From an uncultured cyanobacterium (GTDB lineage Bacteria; Cyanobacteriota; Cyanobacteriia; Cyanobacteriales; CAWCAG01), in the NCBI GenBank assembly GCA_963793425.1, contig CAWCAG010000003.1, forward strand, positions 39,085-103,084: 64,000 nucleotides of DNA. The letters run 5' to 3'. The notes below the pieces were generated by a model. That model saw only the letters and a list, made by a program, of their open reading frames with translations. It made no database searches and was not told the origin of the DNA. Position numbers and translations under genes: made by a program. Numbering within the stretch: the first letter of the stretch is position 1; every line of letters begins with the position of its first letter. Below are positions 1 through 10,650 of the stretch, in pieces.

Positions 1-1110
1 GTGTAACCATCAACTGTAATTTGATAAGCTCCTGATTCAGTCAGGGTTATGGGAGTACTGTCACTGGCAGTGTTACCACTAAAGACCGACTCACCACTAG
101 GACTGCGAACTTCAACCCTGATACTACTATCACCATCACGGGGGTCGAAGTACAGAGTTTGACCAACTACTCCTGTGAGGGTGTAAGTATCCTGTTCACC
201 TAACTTAGTAATCTCTCCTATTACTAAATCGTTAGCCAACAAAGGTACTTCTGGTGAGGTGGTAACGACACGCTGCAAACTGTAGTTAACAGGAACATCA
301 CTTTCTCCCCGCAGCATTAGATAGTAATCACCATCTCCTGGTAGAACATATTCAAAGTCACTGCTGAGTCCAACTTCCCGAAGTTCATTATTGTTAGCAT
401 TGAATAAATGCCAGTTAGTAGTGGGAGTATTCTCTTGACTATCAAAGTAAACCCTTTCTCCTTCAGTACCAGTGAATTGATAGAACTTAATTGCTTTTGC
501 TTCTAAAGTACCCTGAGTCAAAGTTTCTACAGGTAATAAAGGAGCGTTATTAATATCACTAATGTCAAGTAACTGGAAACTATAATTCTCTCGTATATTC
601 TGTATTTCCATCAACAACTAGACTATATTCTCCTGCTTCAGGCAAGATAGCTGGAGTACGCTTACTATCTTCTTGTAACCGAGTATCAATAACTTTGTAC
701 CACTGGGACTAATTAAGGTAGCCTTGTATTGAGTGCATCTACAAGAGTGTCTAGGAAAAGTCGTTGCCCTTCACTACCTGTGAAGATATAAATATCCTGT
801 TCACCCTTTTCAACAATTTGACCAGAGGTGGGTGTATTCAAATTAAGGCGAAGATGTTTTCTGTAGGAGTAATTACCTCAAAGGAGTAGTTAACAGGATT
901 GAGTGCCATTAACCCCCCTAATTGCTAAGGTATAGGTATCCGTTGCATCAAGAACAAACTCCATATCATAATGCAAATTAGCATGGCTAATACGATTATT
1001 GCCTGAATCATAAAGAGTCCAAGTTGCCCCAGGTATACTACCAGGAGAATCTAGGAAGAGACGTTGTCCTTTACTACCTCCAAATTCATAGAAATGGGTC
1101 TCTTGCCAGG
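1..1110 (-). pseudogene. Frameshifted continuation of the giant surface protein (more PPC-like repeats), running off the window edge
   Basis: Alternative frames read QETHFYEFGGSKGQRLFLD, GEQDIYIFTGSEGQRLFLD, FYQFTGTEGERVYFD and GEQDTYTLTGVVGQTLYFD, the same repeat type as the end of ORF 1051..8802. Several single-base indels lie between about 590 and 1110. Confidence 0.85.
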
Positions 1111-4100
1111 ATCTAGAATGCCACTAATTACAGTATCAGTATTAATTTCTTCAGCTAAACCTAAATCAAAGATATTGAAACTGTAACTACCTGTCTCTTC
1201 TCCTGAAGCATCAATCTTGACTCGATAAGTACCACTTTCATCCAGGATAATTGGTTCTGGATCTCCACTATATTCAAAGTTACGAGTTAATACAGAGTGA
1301 CCACTAGGACTGATGATTGTTGCAGTATGTGACCAAGTAGCTGTTGTATCTTTAAACAAGCGGTCAAAGTAGATACGTTGTCCTGGAGTTCCTGTAAAAG
1401 TATAGAAATCTTCTTCGCCTTTTTCGACAATCTCCCCTAAAACGGTTTGAGAGTTATCATTATCTCCCAAATTCATAGGAGTTGTAACTTCAGTGGGAGT
1501 AATAATCTCAAAGGAGTAATCAACGCTGCTTGTGAAACTAGATTTTCCTCGCAGTGCTAACAAATATTCGCCATCTTTTGGCAAATAAACTTCCATGTCT
1601 CCGAAGTTGCCATTGGAGGTGACTAGGTTATTGTTAGCATCATACAAAACCCAATCTAAACTACCACTATTACTAATCTGGTCAAAGAAAAGTTTTTGCC
1701 CCGCATTGCCAGTGAAGCGGTGAACATCATCTTCAGAACCGGGGCTGAGTGTACCATAAATGACTTCATCAAAAGGCGCAATGGGAGTGAGGTTGTAGTC
1801 AATCACACTAAAACCATAACTGCCTGTATGATCTCCTACCGCATCAACTACAACGCGGTAATTTCCTGTTTCAGTTAGGTTAAGAATACTATTACTAATA
1901 AAATGGGTACTAAGTATCTCTTCCCCATTAGGACTATAAACTTTGAATCTCCAATCTCGATAGCTACCACTATATTGCAAGGGGTCGAAGTAGATACGCT
2001 GTCCTGCTACTCCACTAAAGCTAAATTCATCGTTTTCCCCTGGTAAGCTAGCACGTCCTAAGACTGTATCTCCCAGTACCAATACTGGGGGCGGTGTCCA
2101 TTCTGTGACCCCAGTGTCCGGATGTACTTTCATCCCTTCTGGCCCCAAAATCAAACTGTAGGTTAGGTTATCTTGGTCAGGGTCTTCCGCTTCTGAATCG
2201 TAGCTATAAAGTTGGTTAATCCAAGCGTCTACTTCTGGGGTTGAGGTGAAGACAGGAGGACGATTAGCAGGGTCTTCAACTACTGCTAAGGTGAAGGTTT
2301 GTAGGTCAATTCCACCTCTACCATCACTAACCCTAACTACCACACTATGGTTAGCAACGTCTGCTGTGGTAGGACTCCAAGTAATTAGTCCGGTGCTAAG
2401 GTCAATAGTTGCACCGTCGGGGGCTACTAATAATTCGTAGGTGAGGTTGTCTCCTTCTAAATCCTTGGCTTCTACATCATAGCTGTAAGGTAAACCTGCA
2501 ATTGCTTCAGTGTCAGCTTCGCTAGTGATACTAGGAGCAGAGTTCAAAGTAGAAAGTACTACCAAATCATAGGTAAACTGTATTCCTTCTGGATTGAAGA
2601 AGGTTAGAGTTTTAGTTTCTGTTATTTCGTTAAGGTCTAAAGAACCATTGTCAACTAGATGAGTGAAGTCAAAATAGGGCAAACCTTGAGGAGTTATACC
2701 ATCTGCATTAGCTACCTTAACACCAGGGTCACTAATTCCTTTGACTGCTACTAATAAAGGCCCATCTAAAGGATAAGAACCGTCGTTACGAATAGCTACA
2801 TCAGTGGAGAGGATATCATTTCCTTCATTGAAAGAGGTTTGCTGGTACTCTATTTCCGCGCTGGGTGAAACATCCGTAAGTTGAGTGAAGTCAATAGGCT
2901 CGTTGCTACTACTAATTTCTTGGGAAGGAACAGCAGCTACTTCTATACCGTCTCCTGGTATTAGTTCAATGTTGGTGATGCGTACTGAGGTGGTGGTGTC
3001 GCTATCATCGTTAACTAAGCGCAGGATTAATTTGGCTTCTGTATCAGCAGTTATCCCCGTCAGATTAACTTTGACAGTTTGACCATCAATTGTTACCCCT
3101 GGTGCTAAATCAGTGCTTTCTCCTTCTGTGATGTTGAAGAAAGCATCTTTGCCCTTACCAATGGTATGAACTAAAGGTTTTCCTTCCCCATCTACTAATG
3201 CTACTTCAAAGGCATCGTTGATAAAGCTGGGGTCGGTTGCGTCAAAGTTGAGGTCTGCAAAGGTAAAGGTTAAGACAGAAGAAGAGGCAGGAATGTTTAA
3301 ATCTTGTTCGTAACTAACACCAAAGTTTTCTTCTTCAATTAAAACAATATCGTTGGATAGGAGTTGGTCATCATCAACAATTGTGCCAATGCCTTCTCCA
3401 TCTTCAACTGTTGCTACGTTGGGATTAGCTAGGTTGAGAGTGAAGGTTTCATCAACTTCATCTACAGTATCGCTACTGATAGGTATGAGAATATCTTTAC
3501 TCGTTTCTCCTGGGGCGAAGGTGATTGTTCCACTAAAGGCTTGATAATCTTCCCCTGCAACGGCATCTCTATCCTGGGTGAAGTATTCTACGGTAACAGT
3601 TTCGGTGCTAGTTGCTGATAAAGTTACAGTAAACTGGGCATCGGTTGTACCTGTATCTCCTTCTACTACTGTGGCATCGCTAACGTTTAGTTGTAACGGC
3701 TGGGAGTCATCGTTGTCAACGATTGTAGCTACGCCTTCACTATCGGTTATTGTTCCGTTGGTAGGATTGGATAAAGTAACATTGAAGGTTTCATCTATTT
3801 CATCTACACTATCCCCTATTACTGGCACAGTGATGGTTTTGCTTGTTTCCCCTGGAGCAAAGGTTATTGTTCCGTTAGTAGCTTCATAGTCTTCCCCTAC
3901 AACTGCTGTGCCATCTGTAGTTGTGAAGTCTAGGGTTATATAGCGATCACTTGGCTCTGATAAACTAACGACAAATTCTGCTTGAGTTGTTCCTGTATCT
4001 CCTTCCGTGAGAGAAATATCTCCTACTGTAATGTCAGGATTGATTGGAGTAGTAACTGCCTGCCCCAAGATTACTAACTCGTAATCAAACTGTACTCCAT

Positions 4101-7100
4101 TGGGGTTGTGGAAACTGAGAGGCCTAACATCGTGAGGATCTGCGGCTTCTCCTGTCCATAAGTTTGTAAAGTCATAATAAGGCAAACCGTCAGGAGTAAC
4201 CCCATCAGCATTGACAACTTCTACTGAAGGGTCACTGATTCCTTTAACTGCTACTAATACAGGGCCGTCGAATTTCTGATACGGAGCCTCAAGCACAGAT
4301 ACTTCAGTCGAGAGAACTTCAGTTTTATCATTAAAAGAGGTCTGATGATACTCGACTAAAGCTTCTTGAGAGATATCTGAGAGTTGGAAAATATCAACTG
4401 GATTATTAGACAGGGGTGGTAGAGAACGATCATCAATAACAGGAGTATCATTTCCCTCAAATATCTCAATATTGGTAAGGTTTACTGAAGTAGTTGTGTC
4501 GTTATCATTGTTAAGTAGCCGGAAAACTAATTTAGCATCCGTGCCTGCGGTAATACCAGCTAAATTAACTTCAACAATATTCCTGTCACCTTTAAGAGTT
4601 ACTCCAGGAGGAGAGTGAGGATATTCCGCTTCGCTGAAGTTGAAGAAAGCATCGTTGTCTGTAGGAGTGTAAGCTAGCGCTCGACCCCAACTGCCAATAC
4701 TAGGAACTAAAGAATCACCGTTAGAATCGACTAAAGCTACTTCAAAAGCATCTTTTACAAACCCAGAATCTGAGGTATCAAAGTCGAGATCCGAGATAAA
4801 AAATCTTAGGGCTGAAGAGTCTGATGGGATATCAAAATTGTATTCAAAACCAGTATAAAAAGAGTTCCCCTCACTCAAGCTTACATCACTAATAGATAGT
4901 AGCAGAGGCCCTTGATCATCATTGTAAATTGTTCCCCAGCCTTGAGTAGAATAGGGAGAAAGAGCTGCATTGGTAGCATTGCTAAAATCAACGTAAAATT
5001 GCTCATCTGTTTCGTCTAACGTATCACCAATAACAGGTACAACTAAAGTCTGACTAGTTTCTCCTGGAGCAAAAGTTAGAGTTCCACTAACAGCCTGATA
5101 GTCTTCTCCTGCTGTAGCACTTGCATCATTAGTAATAAAGTCAACAGTTATAGTTTCGTCGCTAGCTTCCGACAGACTAACAACAAACTCTGCATTTGAT
5201 GTTCCTGTATCTCCCTCCAAAAGAGCAGAATGATCAATGTCAATAATTGGCCCATCATCAGTAATAATAGAACCCCAACCAGAGGAGTCGGTAATAATAG
5301 CACCACCAGCATTAGACAAGTTTACAGAGAAAGACTCATCTGTTTCGTCTAATTCGTCTCCAACAACTGGTACAACGAGAGTTTGTGTTGTTTCTCCTGG
5401 TGCAAAAGTTAGAGTTCCACTAACAGTCTGATAATCTTCTCCTGCTGTGGCTCCGTTATAGTGACTGGATGTATTAAAATCAACGGTAATCGGTTGAGAA
5501 CCTGCTTCAGATAGACTAACAGTAAATAAGGCATCAGTAGTACCTGTATCTCCTTCAGTTACAGAAACATTATCTATTGATAAAGCTAGGATTGCACCAT
5601 CGTTATTAAGAATAGTTCCTTGAGCAGCAGAATCAGCTACACTAGCGTTACTAGCGTTGTAGAGGTTAACACCGAATATTTCATCAGGTTCGCCTAGAGT
5701 ATCACCAATGATTGGTATGTTAATAGTTTGCGTTGTTTCACCTGGAGCAAAAGTTAGAGTTCCACTAACGAACTGATAATCTTCTCCTCGTGTGGCTTGA
5801 TTATAATAACTGAAGGTATTGAAATTGACGGTAACTGCCTGAGTACTAGCTTCAGATAAACTGACATCGAATAACGCATCAGTAGTACCTGTATCTCCTT
5901 CTACTGTCAAGACATCAGCTATTGATAAAGTTGGAGGCGAACCATCATCATTAAAAATAGTTCCTTGAGCAAAAGACTGAGTGATATTAGCATTGGTAGC
6001 ACCGTACAAGCTCACATTAAATGTTTCATCAAGCTCACCGGAAGTATCACCAATAATCGGTACAGAGATACTTTGAGTCGTTTCTCCTGGAGCGAAAGTC
6101 AAAGTACCGTTAACTGCTTGATAATCTTCTCCTGCTACAGCCTTGTTAGTAAAGCCATCTAAAGTGTTGAAGTTAACAGTGATTGGCTGAGTACTAGCTT
6201 CAGATAAACTGACATCAAATACTGCGTCAGTAGTACCTATATCTCCTTCTGCTGTAAAGGCATCAGTTATTGATAAAGTTGGTGGTGGAGCTTCGTCATT
6301 AAGGATAGTTCCCTGAGCAAAAGGTTGAGAGATACTAGCGTTAGTAGCTCCGTACAAACTAATGCCAAATGTTTCATCATATTCCCAAAGAGTATCACCA
6401 ATGACTGGCACAGTAATGCTTCGAGTTGTTTCACCTGGAGCGAAAGTAAGAGTACCGCTAACAGCTTGATAATCTTCTCCTGCTATAGCTCCATTAGAGT
6501 AACCGTTAGATGTGTTGAAGTTAACAGTGATTGGCTGAGTACCCGCTTCAGACAAAGTGACATCAAATACTGCATCAGTATTGTTTGCATCACCTTCGGT
6601 TACAGACACATCTGCTATAGATAAAGCTGGTGGTGAACCATCGTCGTTGAGAATAGTTCCTTGAGCATAGAAACTAGAGGCACTAGCATTCTTAACGCTG
6701 TAGTTAAGCCGAAATATTTCATCAAATTCACTTAAGGTATCGCCAATAACTGGTACGACAATACTTTTAGTTGTATCTCCTGGAGCAAAAGTTAGAGTTC
6801 CACTAACAGACTGATAATCTTCTCCTTCCGTAGCATCATTATCGTATGTAAAGAAGCTAACGGTAATCGGTTGAGCGCCTGCCTCAGATAAACTAACATC
6901 AAATACCGCATCGGTAGTTCCAGAATCACCTTCTGTTACAGATGTATCAGCTATTGACAAAACTGGAGGCAAACCATCATCGTTAAGAATAGTTCCTTGA
7001 GCGAAAGAAGTGGCAATATTAGCATTAGTTGCGCCATAAAGGCTAAGGTAAAATGTCTCGTCTGTTTCACCGAAAGTATCGCCAATAATGGGTACAAAAA

Positions 7101-8802
7101 TATTTTCACTTGTATCTCCTGGAGCAAAAGTTAAAGTGCCACTAACAACTTGATAGTCTTCTCCGTGAGTTGCACCAATACCGCTTATAGAATATTTTAC
7201 TGTTACCGTCTCACTACTTAATTCTGATAAACTAACTGTAAATCCTGCATTAGTAGTACCAGAATCCCCTTCTAAAATACTGACATTATTGATATTAATA
7301 TCAGGAACACTCACGTTAAGAAGTTCTACCTGAATTACTTCCCCACCTGAAAGAGTCAAAAGACCTATATCATTCTCCTGTTGCAGAGCAGTGATATCCC
7401 CAGCATCATAACTATCTTGAGTAACAACAGCAGCAAAGATTGCTCCTTCATCCCCAGGAGAATCAACCGAATTTAACTGAGAATCAAGATAATGACCTAA
7501 TTCTTCAAGAATAACTTTGCCAACAGCTTCAGGGTTATCGAGGTTTTGCTGGAGAAATTCTTCTGAAAGATAAATAGTACCTTCGCCAAAAGCACCATTA
7601 GCATTGAGGTCGTTAAAAGACACTACCTCAAAAGAAGGGAGTTCCTGCTTACTAACTATGTTACTGATTAAGTTAGAAGCAGTTTCTTCATCCCAGCTAT
7701 CTCCAAAAGCCAAGTTCAATCTTTGAACAAAATCTGGCTCAGCAACAAAGTCTTCTAATTGCTGGGAAACATAGTCAAAAGCTTGGGTGAGACTATCTTG
7801 GTACTCTTGGTCAAGATTAAAAGAAGCTAATACTTCATCAAAATCAGTTTCGATTTGGGACTCTGCATAGTTGAGGATCTCTGTACCTAATTCCCCTTCA
7901 CGCCAATCTAAGTCTGGATCTATAACCTCATCAAGCAGGGTAGCTTCTCCTGTTGCTCCCTTAACTTGGAAAATAATATCGTTGTAGTCTCCGTCAGAAG
8001 GGCCATCAACCCGCAAATCCTCTAAAGCAAAGGTATGACCATCACCAGTAACATCAGCTATTTGTCCAAAGTGAAAAGCATCTTCAGGGTTAGCTGTAGC
8101 TAGGGAAAATAGAGGAGTTTTTGCCCCAGCAAGGTCAGGATTAGCGACTACCTCTTCAACCCTGCCATTAGGAACCAACATAAAGCCAAACTCATCTCCT
8201 GGCTTCATGTTGAAGGTTTTAGCTCCTAAATACTCTCCTCGGTTGTAATTAGGTTCCCCTAATTCCCCACTAAACCTCGCCCCTTCCCCTCTATCAGAAA
8301 TGACAATATGGCCTAACTCTGAATCACTCAAAGCACGGCTAGCTGCCTGGGCAATAAACTCTGATGAACCAGCCTCAAGCTCCTCCATCCCTTCTAAGCT
8401 AAAGATGGCCAACTCTCCTTTATACCCACCGCCATCAAAGAGGAAATCAATCTCTACTTGCCCTGAGTCTCCCACTATGAAGTACCCAGAGGTAAAATTC
8501 GATTCTATTTGGACAAAATCGCTCCCATCATCTAACTCCTCTGGGTCGAAAAAGTCTAAGATTTCCGAACCATCGTCTCCTAATTCTTCATCAGCTACAG
8601 AAGCAATTTCTGCTAATTCTTCTACAAAATCAAAGTCATCTTGGTCTGGTAAATCAATTAAATCTGGTACATCATCCCCCCCATCTACTAATCCGGAGGG
8701 AGTCAGAATTGGTTCTAGAATAAAAGTCCGCAGCTTAGGCTTCTGTTCCTTAGCTTGCTTCTTTTTATCGTCTGGATTTTTGGAAGAGTTAAATAATCCC
8801 AT
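1051..8802 (-). CDS. Giant extracellular repeat protein or adhesin: LEP-type leader, DUF4114-like domain, 9 Calx-beta repeats, 2 Ig/cadherin-like repeats, PPC-like repeats
   Basis: N-terminal TFILEPILTPSG; FALEDLRVDGPSDGDYNDIIF; nine EGD.GTT...TLTFAPGET-type repeats; NSAPSITS and NRPPVFTS modules; GQRIYFD repeats. The stop at 1051 results from a frameshift. Confidence 0.85.
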   Translation of the reverse strand: MGLFNSSKNPDDKKKQAKEQKPKLRTFILEPILTPSGLVDGGDDVPDLIDLPDQDDFDFVEELAEIASVADEELGDDGSEILDFFDPEELDDGSDFVQIESNFTSGYFIVGDSGQVEIDFLFDGGGYKGELAIFSLEGMEELEAGSSEFIAQAASRALSDSELGHIVISDRGEGARFSGELGEPNYNRGEYLGAKTFNMKPGDEFGFMLVPNGRVEEVVANPDLAGAKTPLFSLATANPEDAFHFGQIADVTGDGHTFALEDLRVDGPSDGDYNDIIFQVKGATGEATLLDEVIDPDLDWREGELGTEILNYAESQIETDFDEVLASFNLDQEYQDSLTQAFDYVSQQLEDFVAEPDFVQRLNLAFGDSWDEETASNLISNIVSKQELPSFEVVSFNDLNANGAFGEGTIYLSEEFLQQNLDNPEAVGKVILEELGHYLDSQLNSVDSPGDEGAIFAAVVTQDSYDAGDITALQQENDIGLLTLSGGEVIQVELLNVSVPDININNVSILEGDSGTTNAGFTVSLSELSSETVTVKYSISGIGATHGEDYQVVSGTLTFAPGDTSENIFVPIIGDTFGETDETFYLSLYGATNANIATSFAQGTILNDDGLPPVLSIADTSVTEGDSGTTDAVFDVSLSEAGAQPITVSFFTYDNDATEGEDYQSVSGTLTFAPGDTTKSIVVPVIGDTLSEFDEIFRLNYSVKNASASSFYAQGTILNDDGSPPALSIADVSVTEGDANNTDAVFDVTLSEAGTQPITVNFNTSNGYSNGAIAGEDYQAVSGTLTFAPGETTRSITVPVIGDTLWEYDETFGISLYGATNASISQPFAQGTILNDEAPPPTLSITDAFTAEGDIGTTDAVFDVSLSEASTQPITVNFNTLDGFTNKAVAGEDYQAVNGTLTFAPGETTQSISVPIIGDTSGELDETFNVSLYGATNANITQSFAQGTIFNDDGSPPTLSIADVLTVEGDTGTTDALFDVSLSEASTQAVTVNFNTFSYYNQATRGEDYQFVSGTLTFAPGETTQTINIPIIGDTLGEPDEIFGVNLYNASNASVADSAAQGTILNNDGAILALSIDNVSVTEGDTGTTDALFTVSLSEAGSQPITVDFNTSSHYNGATAGEDYQTVSGTLTFAPGETTQTLVVPVVGDELDETDESFSVNLSNAGGAIITDSSGWGSIITDDGPIIDIDHSALLEGDTGTSNAEFVVSLSEASDETITVDFITNDASATAGEDYQAVSGTLTFAPGETSQTLVVPVIGDTLDETDEQFYVDFSNATNAALSPYSTQGWGTIYNDDQGPLLLSISDVSLSEGNSFYTGFEYNFDIPSDSSALRFFISDLDFDTSDSGFVKDAFEVALVDSNGDSLVPSIGSWGRALAYTPTDNDAFFNFSEAEYPHSPPGVTLKGDRNIVEVNLAGITAGTDAKLVFRLLNNDNDTTTSVNLTNIEIFEGNDTPVIDDRSLPPLSNNPVDIFQLSDISQEALVEYHQTSFNDKTEVLSTEVSVLEAPYQKFDGPVLVAVKGISDPSVEVVNADGVTPDGLPYYDFTNLWTGEAADPHDVRPLSFHNPNGVQFDYELVILGQAVTTPINPDITVGDISLTEGDTGTTQAEFVVSLSEPSDRYITLDFTTTDGTAVVGEDYEATNGTITFAPGETSKTITVPVIGDSVDEIDETFNVTLSNPTNGTITDSEGVATIVDNDDSQPLQLNVSDATVVEGDTGTTDAQFTVTLSATSTETVTVEYFTQDRDAVAGEDYQAFSGTITFAPGETSKDILIPISSDTVDEVDETFTLNLANPNVATVEDGEGIGTIVDDDQLLSNDIVLIEEENFGVSYEQDLNIPASSSVLTFTFADLNFDATDPSFINDAFEVALVDGEGKPLVHTIGKGKDAFFNITEGESTDLAPGVTIDGQTVKVNLTGITADTEAKLILRLVNDDSDTTTSVRITNIELIPGDGIEVAAVPSQEISSSNEPIDFTQLTDVSPSAEIEYQQTSFNEGNDILSTDVAIRNDGSYPLDGPLLVAVKGISDPGVKVANADGITPQGLPYFDFTHLVDNGSLDLNEITETKTLTFFNPEGIQFTYDLVVLSTLNSAPSITSEADTEAIAGLPYSYDVEAKDLEGDNLTYELLVAPDGATIDLSTGLITWSPTTADVANHSVVVRVSDGRGGIDLQTFTLAVVEDPANRPPVFTSTPEVDAWINQLYSYDSEAEDPDQDNLTYSLILGPEGMKVHPDTGVTEWTPPPVLVLGDTVLGRASLPGENDEFSFSGVAGQRIYFDPLQYSGSYRDWRFKVYSPNGEEILSTHFISNSILNLTETGNYRVVVDAVGDHTGSYGFSVIDYNLTPIAPFDEVIYGTLSPGSEDDVHRFTGNAGQKLFFDQISNSGSLDWVLYDANNNLVTSNGNFGDMEVYLPKDGEYLLALRGKSSFTSSVDYSFEIITPTEVTTPMNLGDNDNSQTVLGEIVEKGEEDFYTFTGTPGQRIYFDRLFKDTTATWSHTATIISPSGHSVLTRNFEYSGDPEPIILDESGTYRVKIDASGEETGSYSFNIFDLGLAEEINTDTVISGILDPGKRPISMNLEVVKDNVSS

Positions 8803-9140
8803 TGCTCAGATGCGATGATGAGTAGGTGCTGGAGTTAGGAATTATTCTAGGTTACAAGTACTTCAATCTCTGCCTTGGGAATTACGTAATGATACTACGG
8901 ATCTTTCTTTATTCGTACTTTCAAGTAACTGTAAAGCTCAATTACTTTTATTGTCTACCTCCTAGGAAGTAGTTAGGTTTCCCGCTTCTCTCCGTACTCT
9001 TTTAGCTTGCTCGTATAACCACTCAAATTAAGCTAAGAGCAAGGATTTTTGTCACAAAACTTATCCTCGGTCAGAGAATTTGGCGAACATTTTGAGAAAA
9101 CATGGGTTTATCTTAGGCTTAAAGTGCATTTACTTTCCCT

Positions 9141-10565
9141 ATGGCAATGAATCTAGCTGAAACTACTCTTAGCTACCACAAACAGCTATGTCCAGACTTA
9201 ACTACTTATTGGCAGTTAAGACACTCACCGGATTCAGAGGGGTTTTTCCTTAGAGCTAAAGGACTAAATCTCTGCCACAGCTTCAGCAGTAAAGAAGCTT
9301 TTGTCCTACAACACTTCAATGGCAAATGGACTGTAGATAAAATTCAAAAACGTTCTCAGAAGCATTTTTCTGGGCAAGTTTCTTCTAACTTCGTAGAAGA
9401 GTTACTAGAAAAGCTTGTCAGCTTAGACATTGTTGTACCAGCCTCAGAGTTAGAAGCTAGAGGAATACAACTTAAACCCTGCGTTGAATTCATTCTCCAT
9501 CCAGAGGGACATTGGATACTTCGCAACCCAGAAGACATTACCCACATACAGGTTTGTCCTCGTGGTAAAGCTATTGTAGAACAGTTGCAGGCATACTCCC
9601 CTGAAGAAATAGTTAAACAGGGAGAATTTCAACCAGCAGAAATCAAAGATATTTTAGGGCAGCTAAGAGTAACAGCTATGATAGCTGGAACTAAACCTCC
9701 TCAACCTCCGAAAAAGAAATTTAATCCCCTACAACTACTATTTTTCCGAGTCAAACTCTTTAACCCAGATCCCTACCTATTAACACCAGCCAAACTTCTA
9801 GCTTGGATTTGGACAAAGCCTTTCTTTTTAATACTTTGCGCCTTTCTCTCCTTATCAACAGTAGTTGGTTTGAACCACAGAGCGCACATCCTATTAACAG
9901 GACAAATACTCTGGCAAAACTACGGTGCAACCTTAATCATTCCCTTCGGTTTACTAGCTGTATTAGTTGTCACTATCCATGAATTAGGTCATGCCCTCAC
10001 CCTCAAACACTACAATGGCATCGTACCGGAAGTAGGTTTGCTGTTTATGTTTATGATGCCAGCAGCCTACACTAACACCAGCGATTCTTATTGTTTAGTT
10101 AAGCGTAGACAAAGAGTCTTTGTAGTTGGGGCAGGGATTTTAACTCAATTAACTGTAGGGGGAATCGCCTTTTGGTTGTGGCAGATTTCGGTAGAAAGCA
10201 GTTGGTTATATCAAAGCAGTTACTTACTACTCATTGCTGCTTTATTTACCATCGCTGTTAACCTCAATCCCCTAGCCAGATTTGATGGCTATCACTTACT
10301 GGTTGCTTTGACTGGCATTAATAATTTACGCAAACGTTCTTTTGACTATTATCGTAACTTATTTACCTTTACTCCCACAGAAGAACCAAAGCAAACTCAA
10401 CCTATTTTAGCTGCCTACGCTCCCTTTAGCTTTGCCTATATTATCTTCGTCTTCGGTAGTATCTTTCGTCTTATTATTCACTGGAGTTTAGACAACATTC
10501 CTATCACTGCTTTTTTGCTATTACTAGCATGGGCAATTTACTACTTTTTTCCTAGGCAACATTAG
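9141..10565 (+). CDS. M50 (site-2) family membrane metallopeptidase with two putative N-terminal PqqD/RRE-like domains
   Basis: HELGH and NLNPLARFDGY motifs with multiple hydrophobic helices. Two N-terminal repeats have a strand-then-helix pattern (EAFVLQHFNGKWTV...VEELLEKL; GKAIVEQL...IKDILGQL). Confidence 0.85.
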   Translation: MAMNLAETTLSYHKQLCPDLTTYWQLRHSPDSEGFFLRAKGLNLCHSFSSKEAFVLQHFNGKWTVDKIQKRSQKHFSGQVSSNFVEELLEKLVSLDIVVPASELEARGIQLKPCVEFILHPEGHWILRNPEDITHIQVCPRGKAIVEQLQAYSPEEIVKQGEFQPAEIKDILGQLRVTAMIAGTKPPQPPKKKFNPLQLLFFRVKLFNPDPYLLTPAKLLAWIWTKPFFLILCAFLSLSTVVGLNHRAHILLTGQILWQNYGATLIIPFGLLAVLVVTIHELGHALTLKHYNGIVPEVGLLFMFMMPAAYTNTSDSYCLVKRRQRVFVVGAGILTQLTVGGIAFWLWQISVESSWLYQSSYLLLIAALFTIAVNLNPLARFDGYHLLVALTGINNLRKRSFDYYRNLFTFTPTEEPKQTQPILAAYAPFSFAYIIFVFGSIFRLIIHWSLDNIPITAFLLLLAWAIYYFFPRQH

Positions 10566-10650
10566 CTGTTAGCTGTTAGCTATTCCCTACAGCCTACGGC
10601 AACGCATCCGCGAAACGCCAACCCTATTCCCTGTTCCCTGTTCCCAAAAA

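Noticed and set aside
1696..8818. Plus-strand ORFs opposite the giant protein (for example 8300..8818, 3578..3889)
   Set aside because: Antisense shadows of a repetitive coding strand with no motifs. The same applies to short ORFs opposite FHA, rep, hsd, parA and transposase genes.
9141..10565. RiPP biosynthetic cluster suggested by the PqqD-like domains
   Set aside because: No modifying enzymes or adjacent small precursor; the divergent giant protein is the more plausible substrate.
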